A DNA stretch of 47,379 nt from a virus (lineage: Duplodnaviria; Caudoviricetes), in IMG/VR virus record IMGVR_UViG_3300048579_000158, positions 1 through 47,379 of that record; one strand, given 5' to 3'. The translations under genes and the position numbers were made by a program. The notes beneath the pieces are model-generated. The model saw only the letters and a program-made list of their open reading frames with translations, did no database searches and was not told the DNA's origin. Shown here piece by piece: positions 34,625 through 42,216 of the stretch. Within the stretch, counting starts at the first letter, position 1; each line of letters starts with the position of its first letter.

Positions 34625-35148
34625 GTCTCCCCCTGTGTTGTGCCGCTCCCAGCGGCGATGAAGAAAGTTCGACGCGATAACACCCGTTCGCGCGCCTTCT
34701 GATACGCGGCGGATGCGAGCGATGGCGCGGAGTGCTGCGGCAAACGTGCGGTCGGCGGGCTCGTCGAAGGCAAAAGCTCGCGTGGCAGCTCGACCTCCAA
34801 TCCGAATGCAGGTTTGATCTCGTCGCGATAGAGATCCCAGGAGCAGTCGATGCGCTCGAACGGCTGCGCCTGCCTCCATTCGGGCATTCGGCCCAGCCGC
34901 AGCCGTTTGAACGCGCCTTTGCCTCTGCTGAGCCTGGTCACGAGAAACGGCCCTTCGGCGTCGGCCACGATGCGCGCAACCGGTCTGGCTCCGTCGTTGT
35001 CGACGAAAATGCGGACTTTCTCCGCGTCCAGAAGAGCCTTCAGCGCCTCGCCGTAGAGCGACACGAGGAGACCCACTCGATTGGAATACGTCGCCCGGAC
35101 GCCCGTTCCCTGCTGCGACTTCTCAGGGCGAATTTCGGAAAACGACAT
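34531..35148 (-). CDS. Hypothetical protein
   Basis: TAATG coupling; 3' end overlaps the next gene. Confidence 0.55.
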   Translation of the reverse strand: MSFSEIRPEKSQQGTGVRATYSNRVGLLVSLYGEALKALLDAEKVRIFVDNDGARPVARIVADAEGPFLVTRLSRGKGAFKRLRLGRMPEWRQAQPFERIDCSWDLYRDEIKPAFGLEVELPRELLPSTSPPTARLPQHSAPSLASAAYQKARERVLSRRTFFIAAGSGTTQGETCNTHHRPTSGSASTAPAKCSRCPRMSATRV

Positions 35149-35885
35149 TATGCAGCCCTCGACAACGGTTGCTCGGAGCGCGCCGCCGCAGACTGCCGGC
35201 GACTACCCGCAGCAGGTTTTCTCGCGAGCACGGGATCAGGCGTGACGATGTCCGCCACGGGCACCGTGCCGGGTAACGCGGGCTCGGCACGCGGCAGACC
35301 GATGGTGTAGTAGGTGACCCGTTCGGGCGCGCCGCTCGGCTTGCGCAAGATACGTCCCGTCGCCGGGTCCTTCTGCGGCTCACGTTTCCATTGCACCTGC
35401 CGGTGCCGCTTCATGAGGGTCTGCCACGTCTTCTCGGGAATCGGCTCGACGTAGTGGAACGCGCTCCAATCGAGATAGCGGCTGAACAGCACGTCGTGCG
35501 GCCGGCGCACCGCGCGCTGCCGGCCGTCCGGCGCCGTCAGTATCCACGCGAGAAACCGCGCAATGTGCTCTGAGGCCGGCATGTAGGCGTCGCTCGGCGG
35601 CTCGACACCGCGCGGTGACCGCGATCGGCCCGCGGCGGCCGGACCAGGGATTGCCCCGCTCTGACCTCGGACTCCCGTTGGTCGACCGGGACCGCGATCG
35701 GCATCGACCGCGGACTCCTGATCGCGGACTCCCGGCGGGGTCGCGGACTCCGCGCCGGCATCGCCCGGGTTGATCGCGGACTCATCGCGGACTCGATCGG
35801 ACAAAAAAAACAGCCGGGATGCGAGGCTCGCCAGCATCAGCGCGCCGCCCGCAATCCCTGCCGTGATTTCCGCTGCACCGAGCAT
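35148..35885 (-). CDS. N-terminally membrane-anchored protein with possible C-terminal wHTH
   Basis: TM, repeat-rich linker, LFSRYLDWS..HYVEPIPEKTWQTLM. Confidence 0.65.
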   Translation of the reverse strand: MLGAAEITAGIAGGALMLASLASRLFFLSDRVRDESAINPGDAGAESATPPGVRDQESAVDADRGPGRPTGVRGQSGAIPGPAAAGRSRSPRGVEPPSDAYMPASEHIARFLAWILTAPDGRQRAVRRPHDVLFSRYLDWSAFHYVEPIPEKTWQTLMKRHRQVQWKREPQKDPATGRILRKPSGAPERVTYYTIGLPRAEPALPGTVPVADIVTPDPVLARKPAAGSRRQSAAARSEQPLSRAA

Positions 35886-36058
35886 CGGCACCCCCACACA
35901 CAGAATTGAGCCCCTACCAACGCCGGCCTAGCAGCGCTGCCCTTGCGGGCTTGGCGACCCGTGCGCCGCGCTCTTTTGGAGCGCGTCCGGGAGGGGAAGG
36001 CCGCCGACCTATGAGGTAGTCGGCGTTCGGCACACGTCGTCGCCCTTGCGAGCAAAAC

Positions 36059-36133
36059 CGGTTGCAGAGATCGGATTCGAACCGATGACCTCGTGGTTAT
36101 GAGCCACGCGAGCTACCACTGCTCCACTCTGCG
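36059..36133 (-). tRNA. Phage tRNA-Met(CAT), initiator type; ends in CCG rather than CCA
   Basis: CGCAGAGTGGAGCAGTGGTAGCTCGCGTGGCTCATAACCACGAGGTCATCGGTTCGAATCCGATCTCTGCAACC folds as a cloverleaf; C1xA72, A11:U24. Confidence 0.93.
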
Positions 36134-36208
36134 TCACGGGGCGGCACACAGAACCAATCCGCCCGGAACTCACACGCAACTCACTCGGGGAGGAAACGCG
36201 CACCTCCG

Positions 36209-36240
36209 AAAAAGACCGGATGGCGACGGGGCTCATCCGG
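36209..36240 (-). terminator. tR1-like terminator
   Basis: CCGGATG...CATCCGG-TCTTTTT on the - strand. Confidence 0.65.
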
Positions 36241-36316
36241 CCAGGTTCGGGGGCTATCGCCGCGCCTGGCACTCACACCGGCCACGTTAGATGCGCGCCG
36301 GCACGAGACCCGGTCG

Positions 36317-36400
36317 CAGCGCAGGGGGGATGATGCACAGGCCACTTCCTTGCGGAAGCAGGAGTCCACCCTCACGAGCGGACACATCCCCCCAGCGCTG
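36317..36400 (-). ncRNA. Structured three-way-junction RNA element
   Basis: 15-bp closing stem plus two hairpins with GNRA loops (GTGA, GCAA). Confidence 0.55.
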
Positions 36401-36436
36401 AGGCCGAGCACGCAACGCAACTGACGCAAACGGGAC

Positions 36437-36712
36437 TCACTTGGCGGTAATCGCCTGTCCTACCTCGCGCGAAGCGGAGTGAGGCCTGCCCGCCGTGGTA
36501 GATTCGCGCTTCGCGAGCTCGGCCTGCATGAAGGCTTCCACGCGTCTGATCGTCGACGGCCGAAATTCGCGCTGTGTCGACCGCATATCCGGCACGAAGG
36601 ATTTGTCTCTGCAGGCCCGAATCCCGAACTGAGACGCCGGCATGCCGGTCTGTCTGAGAAAGGTCTCAACCCTGGCTTTGAACGCCGCTTGCGCTTGGTC
36701 TGCGTCGGACAT
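36437..36712 (-). CDS. Cro-like repressor
   Basis: VETFLRQTGMPASQFG..ACRDKSFV...TIRRVEAFM; divergent from CI. Confidence 0.85.
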   Translation of the reverse strand: MSDADQAQAAFKARVETFLRQTGMPASQFGIRACRDKSFVPDMRSTQREFRPSTIRRVEAFMQAELAKRESTTAGRPHSASREVGQAITAK

Positions 36713-36719
36713 GAAACCA

Positions 36720-36802
36720 TCAATCGTCGGATTCATCCGACTCGTCAAGCGACATAGTCGGAAAACAGATCGGAAGCTATCCGATTTTGAGGGGGCTAAC
36801 AT
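36720..36802. promoter_or_regulatory. OR/PR/PRM-like region
   Basis: GTCGGA-N4-TCCGAC 36726-36741; ATCGGA-N5-TCCGAT 36769-36785; -35 TTGACG (-) 36748-36743; TAACAT (+) 36797-36802. Confidence 0.8.
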
Positions 36803-36808
36803 TCCCAA

Positions 36809-37489
36809 ATGGACGATTCAGATGCGATCCGAGACTTGGTAGACCGCCGAATGGTCGAGCTTGGGCTCGATCGGACGGTCGTTTCCCGTCAGATCGGAAA
36901 AGGGAGGGGCTATCTGCATGACTACATCGTACGGCGGAGTCCCCGCCTACTACCGGACGAGGTCGTTCCTCTGCTTGCACCAATTCTTAAACTGCCCGTT
37001 GGCGCCTTAATCGGAGTGTCGGCGACCTCGGCACGGCCGCCAACCGGCATGGCGGAGGACGCTGAGCCGTACCACGTCCGGCCAGGATCGATCATCCCCC
37101 CACCCAATATCGAGCTGTTGAGATTGGTATCAAGAAAGCTGGACCAGCACCCGCTCGGGCTCGCGCCCGGGAAGGTGCTCGGCTTCAATAAAAACCTTGC
37201 CGATCCGGGACAAATCCCCGCTGGAGCAGTTGTGTTTGCGACCGCTTTCGATCTAGCCGGCAACGCCCTCGAGCGTGGCCCGATCGTGAGACAATTCCTG
37301 CCGCCCGGAAAACTCGTCACTAACAGTTCTCTCGGGGATGAGATCGTCCCGCTGCAATCCGCAAAGCGGGACTTTGTATTGAAGATCGGCGGGTCGATGA
37401 CGTTCGTCATCGACGAGGTTCCTGGAGGCCAGAACCGGATTTTCCCCTCCGAGATGATTGCGCCCGAAGATACGCAGCACCTTCCCTGA
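36809..37489 (+). CDS. CI-like repressor
   Basis: N-terminal HTH (VSRQIGKGRGYLHDYI..SPR.L); position in the switch. Confidence 0.85.
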   Translation: MDDSDAIRDLVDRRMVELGLDRTVVSRQIGKGRGYLHDYIVRRSPRLLPDEVVPLLAPILKLPVGALIGVSATSARPPTGMAEDAEPYHVRPGSIIPPPNIELLRLVSRKLDQHPLGLAPGKVLGFNKNLADPGQIPAGAVVFATAFDLAGNALERGPIVRQFLPPGKLVTNSSLGDEIVPLQSAKRDFVLKIGGSMTFVIDEVPGGQNRIFPSEMIAPEDTQHLP

Positions 37490-37664
37490 CGCTTCCGAAA
37501 CACTCGCTGTCGGATGTACATGCGACCGCGCAATAGCAGCGCGCGCGGCGTACCAGCATGACCTCACGCGGTTAATCCTGGCATTCTTCTGCCTTTTCAG
37601 CACGCGTGGTGGCTTTCCTCCCCAACGGGGCGCACACAATTTTCTCCACATATTGCGGCAAGCG

Positions 37665-37736
37665 AGTCGGATGCGTCGGAAACAACCTTGACTAACAGTC
37701 GGAAATCTCCGACCGTTGTTTCCGACTCATCCGACT
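37665..37736 (+). promoter_or_regulatory. OL/PL-like region
   Basis: -35 TTGACT 37688; operator GTCGGA-N4-TCCGAC 37698-37713; flanking 22-bp inverted repeat. Confidence 0.8.
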
Positions 37737-37746
37737 TGGAGACACC

Positions 37747-38088
37747 ATGACCGGTGTAACGCGAGACACCTCCGCAGACGACGCAGCCGCGCTGCACAGG
37801 CGCCCCCGGGAGGGCGAGAACGACGCCCCCGTCACTCTCTCCGGCGTGGACGCCGCGGCGATCCGCACAGTCCTTCACGATCAGTACGCGTTGCTCGCGC
37901 GGCTCGAGAAGCGGCTCAAGGTCTATCGAGACCTGCAAGAGCTCCGCACCGCGCGAACCTCCCTCGGCCGCGCCATCGCTCTCATCCCGCCGCCCCAGCC
38001 CCTCTCCGCGCCGGACAGCACAGCGCCCGGCACCAAGCAGTGGCCGCTGCCACCGCCGAACACGCCGTCGATCAAGACCGGCTGCTGA
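37747..38088 (+). CDS. Hypothetical coiled-coil protein
   Basis: GGAG RBS; first gene after PL. Confidence 0.65.
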   Translation: MTGVTRDTSADDAAALHRRPREGENDAPVTLSGVDAAAIRTVLHDQYALLARLEKRLKVYRDLQELRTARTSLGRAIALIPPPQPLSAPDSTAPGTKQWPLPPPNTPSIKTGC

Positions 38089-38098
38089 GGAGAGCGAG

Positions 38099-38362
38099 AT
38101 GGACCAGTTCGAGGACGACGAATTCTCAAGCCTCACCCCGGATCAGTTCCGCCGCTTGGTTGCATTGCTCTTGATCCTGCTGGTCATCGCCGCGGGGACC
38201 GTCTTCTTTGCGTTGCGCGCCGCGTACTACGGGATCCACCCCGAACGGCGCCCGCAGTCGGCTGTGTCGGCGGGCAGCTTCGAGACCTGCGATCACGACT
38301 GCGCACTGCGGCGCCTGCATGAGACCGAAGAGCGTTTGCGCACGCTGGAGGGGTCCCGATGA
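38099..38362 (+). CDS. Single-TM protein
   Basis: GAGGAG RBS. Confidence 0.7.
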   Translation: MDQFEDDEFSSLTPDQFRRLVALLLILLVIAAGTVFFALRAAYYGIHPERRPQSAVSAGSFETCDHDCALRRLHETEERLRTLEGSR

Positions 38363-38431
38363 CCGAGGAAACCGGGCCCGCTGAGTGGGACGCACTCGAA
38401 GCCGCCCGCAATCAGCAGGACGGAGGCGGGA

Positions 38432-38689
38432 ATGGCTAAGGCAGCCCGCAGCAAATACCGCCCGAAGCAGGATGATCCCCGCATGACAGAGCCGCGACCT
38501 TACAACCTCGACGACCCGGCCGAAGTCGACCGGCTGCACCATGAATTGCAGGGCTACATGCGCGTCAGCCTCACAGACGGCACAGACACCGAGGGTCGCG
38601 CGCACGCCTACGCCGCGCTCTGCGCGCTCAATCGCCGAAAGATCATCGCCAGCATCTCTCCCGGCGCATCGGAAGGGAGGGGAGAATGA
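38432..38689 (+). CDS. Hypothetical protein
   Basis: GGAGG RBS. Confidence 0.6.
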   Translation: MAKAARSKYRPKQDDPRMTEPRPYNLDDPAEVDRLHHELQGYMRVSLTDGTDTEGRAHAYAALCALNRRKIIASISPGASEGRGE

Positions 38690-39018
38690 ATTCATACACG
38701 CTCAATCCGTGGCGCCCGATAACGGACGTGCTTGATCAGGCGCACCTCGGCAAGCTCGGCGAGGAGCTGAACGAGTGCGGCTCGGCGGTTTCCCGCTGCA
38801 CCATTCAAGGTGTCGACGAGCCCGAGCCCGTCACCGGCAAGCTTAATCGCGAGTGGCTTCAGGACGAGATCGCCGACGTGCTCGCGAACATCGAACTCGT
38901 CACTCGGCGCTTCAATCTCGACCGGGAGGCGATGTCGGCTCGCGCCGTTAAGAAGATGGCGCATCTGCGGAGCTGGCACGCGCTGATTGCTCCCGGCGCA
39001 TCGGAAGGGAGCGCGTGA
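38686..39018 (+). CDS. MazG-like NTP pyrophosphohydrolase
   Basis: KLGEELNE...LQDEIADVL. Confidence 0.75.
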   Translation: MNSYTLNPWRPITDVLDQAHLGKLGEELNECGSAVSRCTIQGVDEPEPVTGKLNREWLQDEIADVLANIELVTRRFNLDREAMSARAVKKMAHLRSWHALIAPGASEGSA

Positions 39019-39020
39019 CC

Positions 39021-39314
39021 ATGGCCGAGACCTACGCGCCCTGCCGAAACGGCTTGCATGTCTGTGGTGCGAGCGCAGACCTGGAACGACCGATCACGAT
39101 AGCGAACGTTCCTTTCGTGAGTGCCGCCAGCTTCGATGTGCTCGAAGCCGCCTATGAGATTACAGACTTCGACGAGAGCGGCGATCTCGTCATCGATTTC
39201 CTAGTCGATGGCGACATCGTTAGCGACTTCTGGATACGTCGCCAGCAGCTAGAACCGCTGCTGAAAGACGCCCGCGCGAAGGCCGAGACCCGCCCCACTG
39301 AAGGGAGGCGGTAG
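39021..39314 (+). CDS. Hypothetical protein
   Basis: Operon context. Confidence 0.6.
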   Translation: MAETYAPCRNGLHVCGASADLERPITIANVPFVSAASFDVLEAAYEITDFDESGDLVIDFLVDGDIVSDFWIRRQQLEPLLKDARAKAETRPTEGRR

Positions 39315-39319
39315 AACCG

Positions 39320-39568
39320 ATGGCCGATACTGTCTACGACACGCCGAAAGGACCGATCACGGTCAAATCTAGGTTCTATCTCGCTTCCTGTGACGGCTGC
39401 GGCTGGATCGGTTCATCCGAGCAGTGCGGCGTTGATAGTGGCGGCGATGATAGCGACGTGTATTGCCCCGAGTGCTCAAAAAGCGGCGCAGATTTGGGGA
39501 AGGCCGCTGCTGAAATCGAAACCGCTCACGCGAACCGCCCCGTTCCCCAAGAGGCTGAACATGACTGA
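39320..39568 (+). CDS. Zn-ribbon protein
   Basis: CDGCGW...CPEC. Confidence 0.7.
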   Translation: MADTVYDTPKGPITVKSRFYLASCDGCGWIGSSEQCGVDSGGDDSDVYCPECSKSGADLGKAAAEIETAHANRPVPQEAEHD

Positions 39569-39815
39569 CGCTGAGCACATCGCGAAGGAGAAGCCCATGA
39601 TGCAACTCAAAAAGGAAGTAGAGGTCTCGCAAGACGAGCTCGACTGGTTGCTCGTTTTCGCTCGCAACATCGGCCGGAACCGAGAAGGCGAGCCCGTAAC
39701 GCTCTCCAGTGGAGATGTGCGCTACTTCAAGACAGAAAGCGCCGCCAATGCAGCCGCGAAAAAGATCAATCGAGGCGTAGCGCCCCTGACGGCCGCTGGC
39801 CACATCGCATTTTGA
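39561..39815 (+). CDS. Hypothetical protein
   Basis: GAGG RBS. Confidence 0.55.
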   Translation: MTDAEHIAKEKPMMQLKKEVEVSQDELDWLLVFARNIGRNREGEPVTLSSGDVRYFKTESAANAAAKKINRGVAPLTAAGHIAF

Positions 39816-39830
39816 GGAGGCCGAGTAACC

Positions 39831-40127
39831 ATGACCTCTACAGACACGCCCGAGCCGCGCAATCCCGAAGCGACTTCGAAAGTGCGCAGAGCCAGCGCGG
39901 AGTTCAGCGGTTGTCTGGTCGAAATGGAGGCGATGCTGCGAAACGCTATTAAGGCATTTGCAGAATATCACGCCGCCGATGCGCATAACACGCGCGAACA
40001 GTGGGCCGCATGGTTCGACGGGCCGGTTCCTTCTCAAGAGTACATCGACGGGTTCAACGCTGGCGTCGAGAGCGTCCTAGCCTCTGTCGAGACATTTCTG
40101 GACGATCACAACATCGGGGGCTTTTGA
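39831..40127 (+). CDS. Hypothetical protein
   Basis: GAGGAGG RBS. Confidence 0.7.
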   Translation: MTSTDTPEPRNPEATSKVRRASAEFSGCLVEMEAMLRNAIKAFAEYHAADAHNTREQWAAWFDGPVPSQEYIDGFNAGVESVLASVETFLDDHNIGGF

Positions 40128-41083
40128 TGACCTCTACAGACATCGTGGACGAGACGGCTGCGGTAGTGGCCGAGCTTCGCAACGAAGCCGCGCATATGCC
40201 GGACTTCGAGCACGTCTACTACGGCAAGATAATGATCAAGGCCGCCGACCTCATCGAGCGCCTATCCCGAGAGAGTGGCACAGGAGTGCCGGAGGGGTGG
40301 CCATCGCTTCCCAAGAGCACAGATGTTCAGGCCGCTGTTGACTCCATAATTGACTGCTATGCAGCCGAAATAATCACAGCAGGAGAGTTCAGGAAACTTG
40401 TTCTGGATGCGGTGGCTGAAGCCGTTTCATCAGACCGTATTCGGGCATCGGCCACGGTCGTCGCGCTTGAAAAGCTTCTTCGATACTTCGGCGGGCCGCA
40501 AGTGGTCTCGATGGCTGAGCTTGGGCATGATGCCTATGTCGCGTTGGAAATGAAGGTTCGGATCGGTGATTTGATCGATGCACGAGCGCTGCTCTCCGCA
40601 GCTCCGCAACCTCCCTCAGTCTCCGATCAAGCGGGAGAGACGGCATTCGGTGCGAAAGACGTGCTTGGTCGCCCGACCGCTCCCGAAGCATGGCTCAAAG
40701 CCGCACAAGAGGAAACGCGCAACTGGACCCTCCCCGGATTGGGCGAAGATGATGATCCGCATTGCGGTTATCCGCTGATTGACGCGCTCAGCAACCCAGG
40801 CAAGAACGCCACCGTCAAAGAGGGCATCGAGCGCGCGGCCGAACTCGCCGACGACGTTGTCTTGGCCGTCTGGAAAGTTGCCGAGCCCGAAATCGCCAGC
40901 CTCTCAGCAGAGCTTGTAGAGGCGAGGAAGGCGCTGGCTCCCTTTGCGGAAGCGTCCGAGACGTTCGTTCCGGGCGGACGAACGCTCGTGAACGTTGTCG
41001 TCAAGACAAAAGAACTGCAGCGAGCCCGCGCCGCCCTCTCTGCCACTCGCGCCACGGAGGCCGCCGATGGCAAACGGTCGTGA
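40127..41083 (+). CDS. Mosaic (Ea-region-like) hypothetical protein
   Basis: TGATG coupling; KAADLIERL, VPEGW, ALLSAAP and ALAPFA modules typical of lambdoid accessory genes. Confidence 0.7.
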   Translation: MTSTDIVDETAAVVAELRNEAAHMPDFEHVYYGKIMIKAADLIERLSRESGTGVPEGWPSLPKSTDVQAAVDSIIDCYAAEIITAGEFRKLVLDAVAEAVSSDRIRASATVVALEKLLRYFGGPQVVSMAELGHDAYVALEMKVRIGDLIDARALLSAAPQPPSVSDQAGETAFGAKDVLGRPTAPEAWLKAAQEETRNWTLPGLGEDDDPHCGYPLIDALSNPGKNATVKEGIERAAELADDVVLAVWKVAEPEIASLSAELVEARKALAPFAEASETFVPGGRTLVNVVVKTKELQRARAALSATRATEAADGKRS

Positions 41084-41396
41084 AGCGCTCGCCGCATTCG
41101 CGGCGCACATCATGCAATCCAATAGTATCACCGTCGCAGAGGCCTGGGACCCTGCGAACGGGTGGCGGTGCGCCATTCAGCTCTCGACGGGCCGCACGCT
41201 GCTCACGACGCCGCGTGAAATGCGCCGCCTCGCAGACGGCTTTTCCAAGGCAGGCGCCGAGAAGATCGCCGCTGCGGGCGTCGCAGACATGATCGCCGAC
41301 ATGTACGACGTCGCCCGCGCTGTGAAGCGCCGCATCGAGAACCATGAGATCCCGTCCGGCGTGGTTCGCGACCTGCCGGCCGAAGGCAGCGCGTGA
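41067..41396 (+). CDS. Hypothetical protein
   Basis: GGAGG RBS. Confidence 0.65.
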   Translation: MANGREALAAFAAHIMQSNSITVAEAWDPANGWRCAIQLSTGRTLLTTPREMRRLADGFSKAGAEKIAAAGVADMIADMYDVARAVKRRIENHEIPSGVVRDLPAEGSA

Positions 41397-41406
41397 GGTG
41401 CTGCCA

Positions 41407-41817
41407 GTGACCACCCCAGCGCCCGATCCGACCCGCGCCCGCTTTGCGCTCGCCGACCAGATCGAGGAGGCCAAGCGCGAACTCAGGTATCGCTACGGCG
41501 TCTACGCCAAGCGGGTGCAGGACGGGCGCATGACGCAGGAGCAGGCCGATCGCCAGATCGCGCTCATGCGCAACATCCGCGACACGCTCGAGACGCTGTC
41601 CCGGCACTACATTTCCGTGCGTGCCGCCATTGAAGAGGATCTCCGCCTGGCGCGCGAAATGGCGGAGCGGCAGCAGATCGAGCTGCACCCCGGCGTGGCC
41701 GCCGTGCTCGGCGCGTTTCCGGGCGCCGAGATCGGCCCGCTCGCGCCCGCCCCGCCCTCCACCGAACCCCACGACCCGATTTTCAACCCAGACCAAGAGG
41801 AGCTAGAGCCCGCATGA
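41407..41817 (+). CDS. Conserved phage hypothetical protein
   Basis: QIEEAKREL.YR..VY.KRV..G.MT...AD.QIA.M. Confidence 0.75.
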   Translation: MTTPAPDPTRARFALADQIEEAKRELRYRYGVYAKRVQDGRMTQEQADRQIALMRNIRDTLETLSRHYISVRAAIEEDLRLAREMAERQQIELHPGVAAVLGAFPGAEIGPLAPAPPSTEPHDPIFNPDQEELEPA

Positions 41818-42203
41818 GCCCCCGAAAATGCAGGGAAACTGATTGTCATATCGGCCGCCGCATCCGCTCCCGCCGGATCGCGGCGGGTCTGAGCCAGGAA
41901 CAACTCGGCGCCAAGCTGGGACTGACGTTCCAGCAGGTTCAGAAGTACGAGTCGGGCACCAACCGTGTCAGTGCCTCTCGCCTGTTCGATCTGTCTAACC
42001 TGTTTGGAGTTCCTCTCGACGACTTCTTTGCCGGCCTTGCGCCGACTGAAGCCGGCGGCGCGGACGCATCTCAAGATCCCACATCCCTGATCGCCACCCG
42101 CGACGATGCGGCTCTCATCCGTGAGATCAGCGCTGCGCCGGTCCACCATCGCCGTGCGCTTCTCGAAGTCGCACGTACGCTCGCATCAACCCGCCACGCC
42201 TAG
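41814..42203 (+). CDS. XRE-family HTH regulator
   Basis: GLSQEQLGAKLGLTFQQVQKYESGTNRVS. Confidence 0.93.
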   Translation: MSPRKCRETDCHIGRRIRSRRIAAGLSQEQLGAKLGLTFQQVQKYESGTNRVSASRLFDLSNLFGVPLDDFFAGLAPTEAGGADASQDPTSLIATRDDAALIREISAAPVHHRRALLEVARTLASTRHA

Positions 42204-42216
42204 GAGCTTCCCCCGC

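Noticed and set aside
35990-36058. HDV-like (theta) ribozyme after the phage tRNA
   Set aside because: Could not build the P1/P1.1/P3 nested pseudoknot from the trailer.
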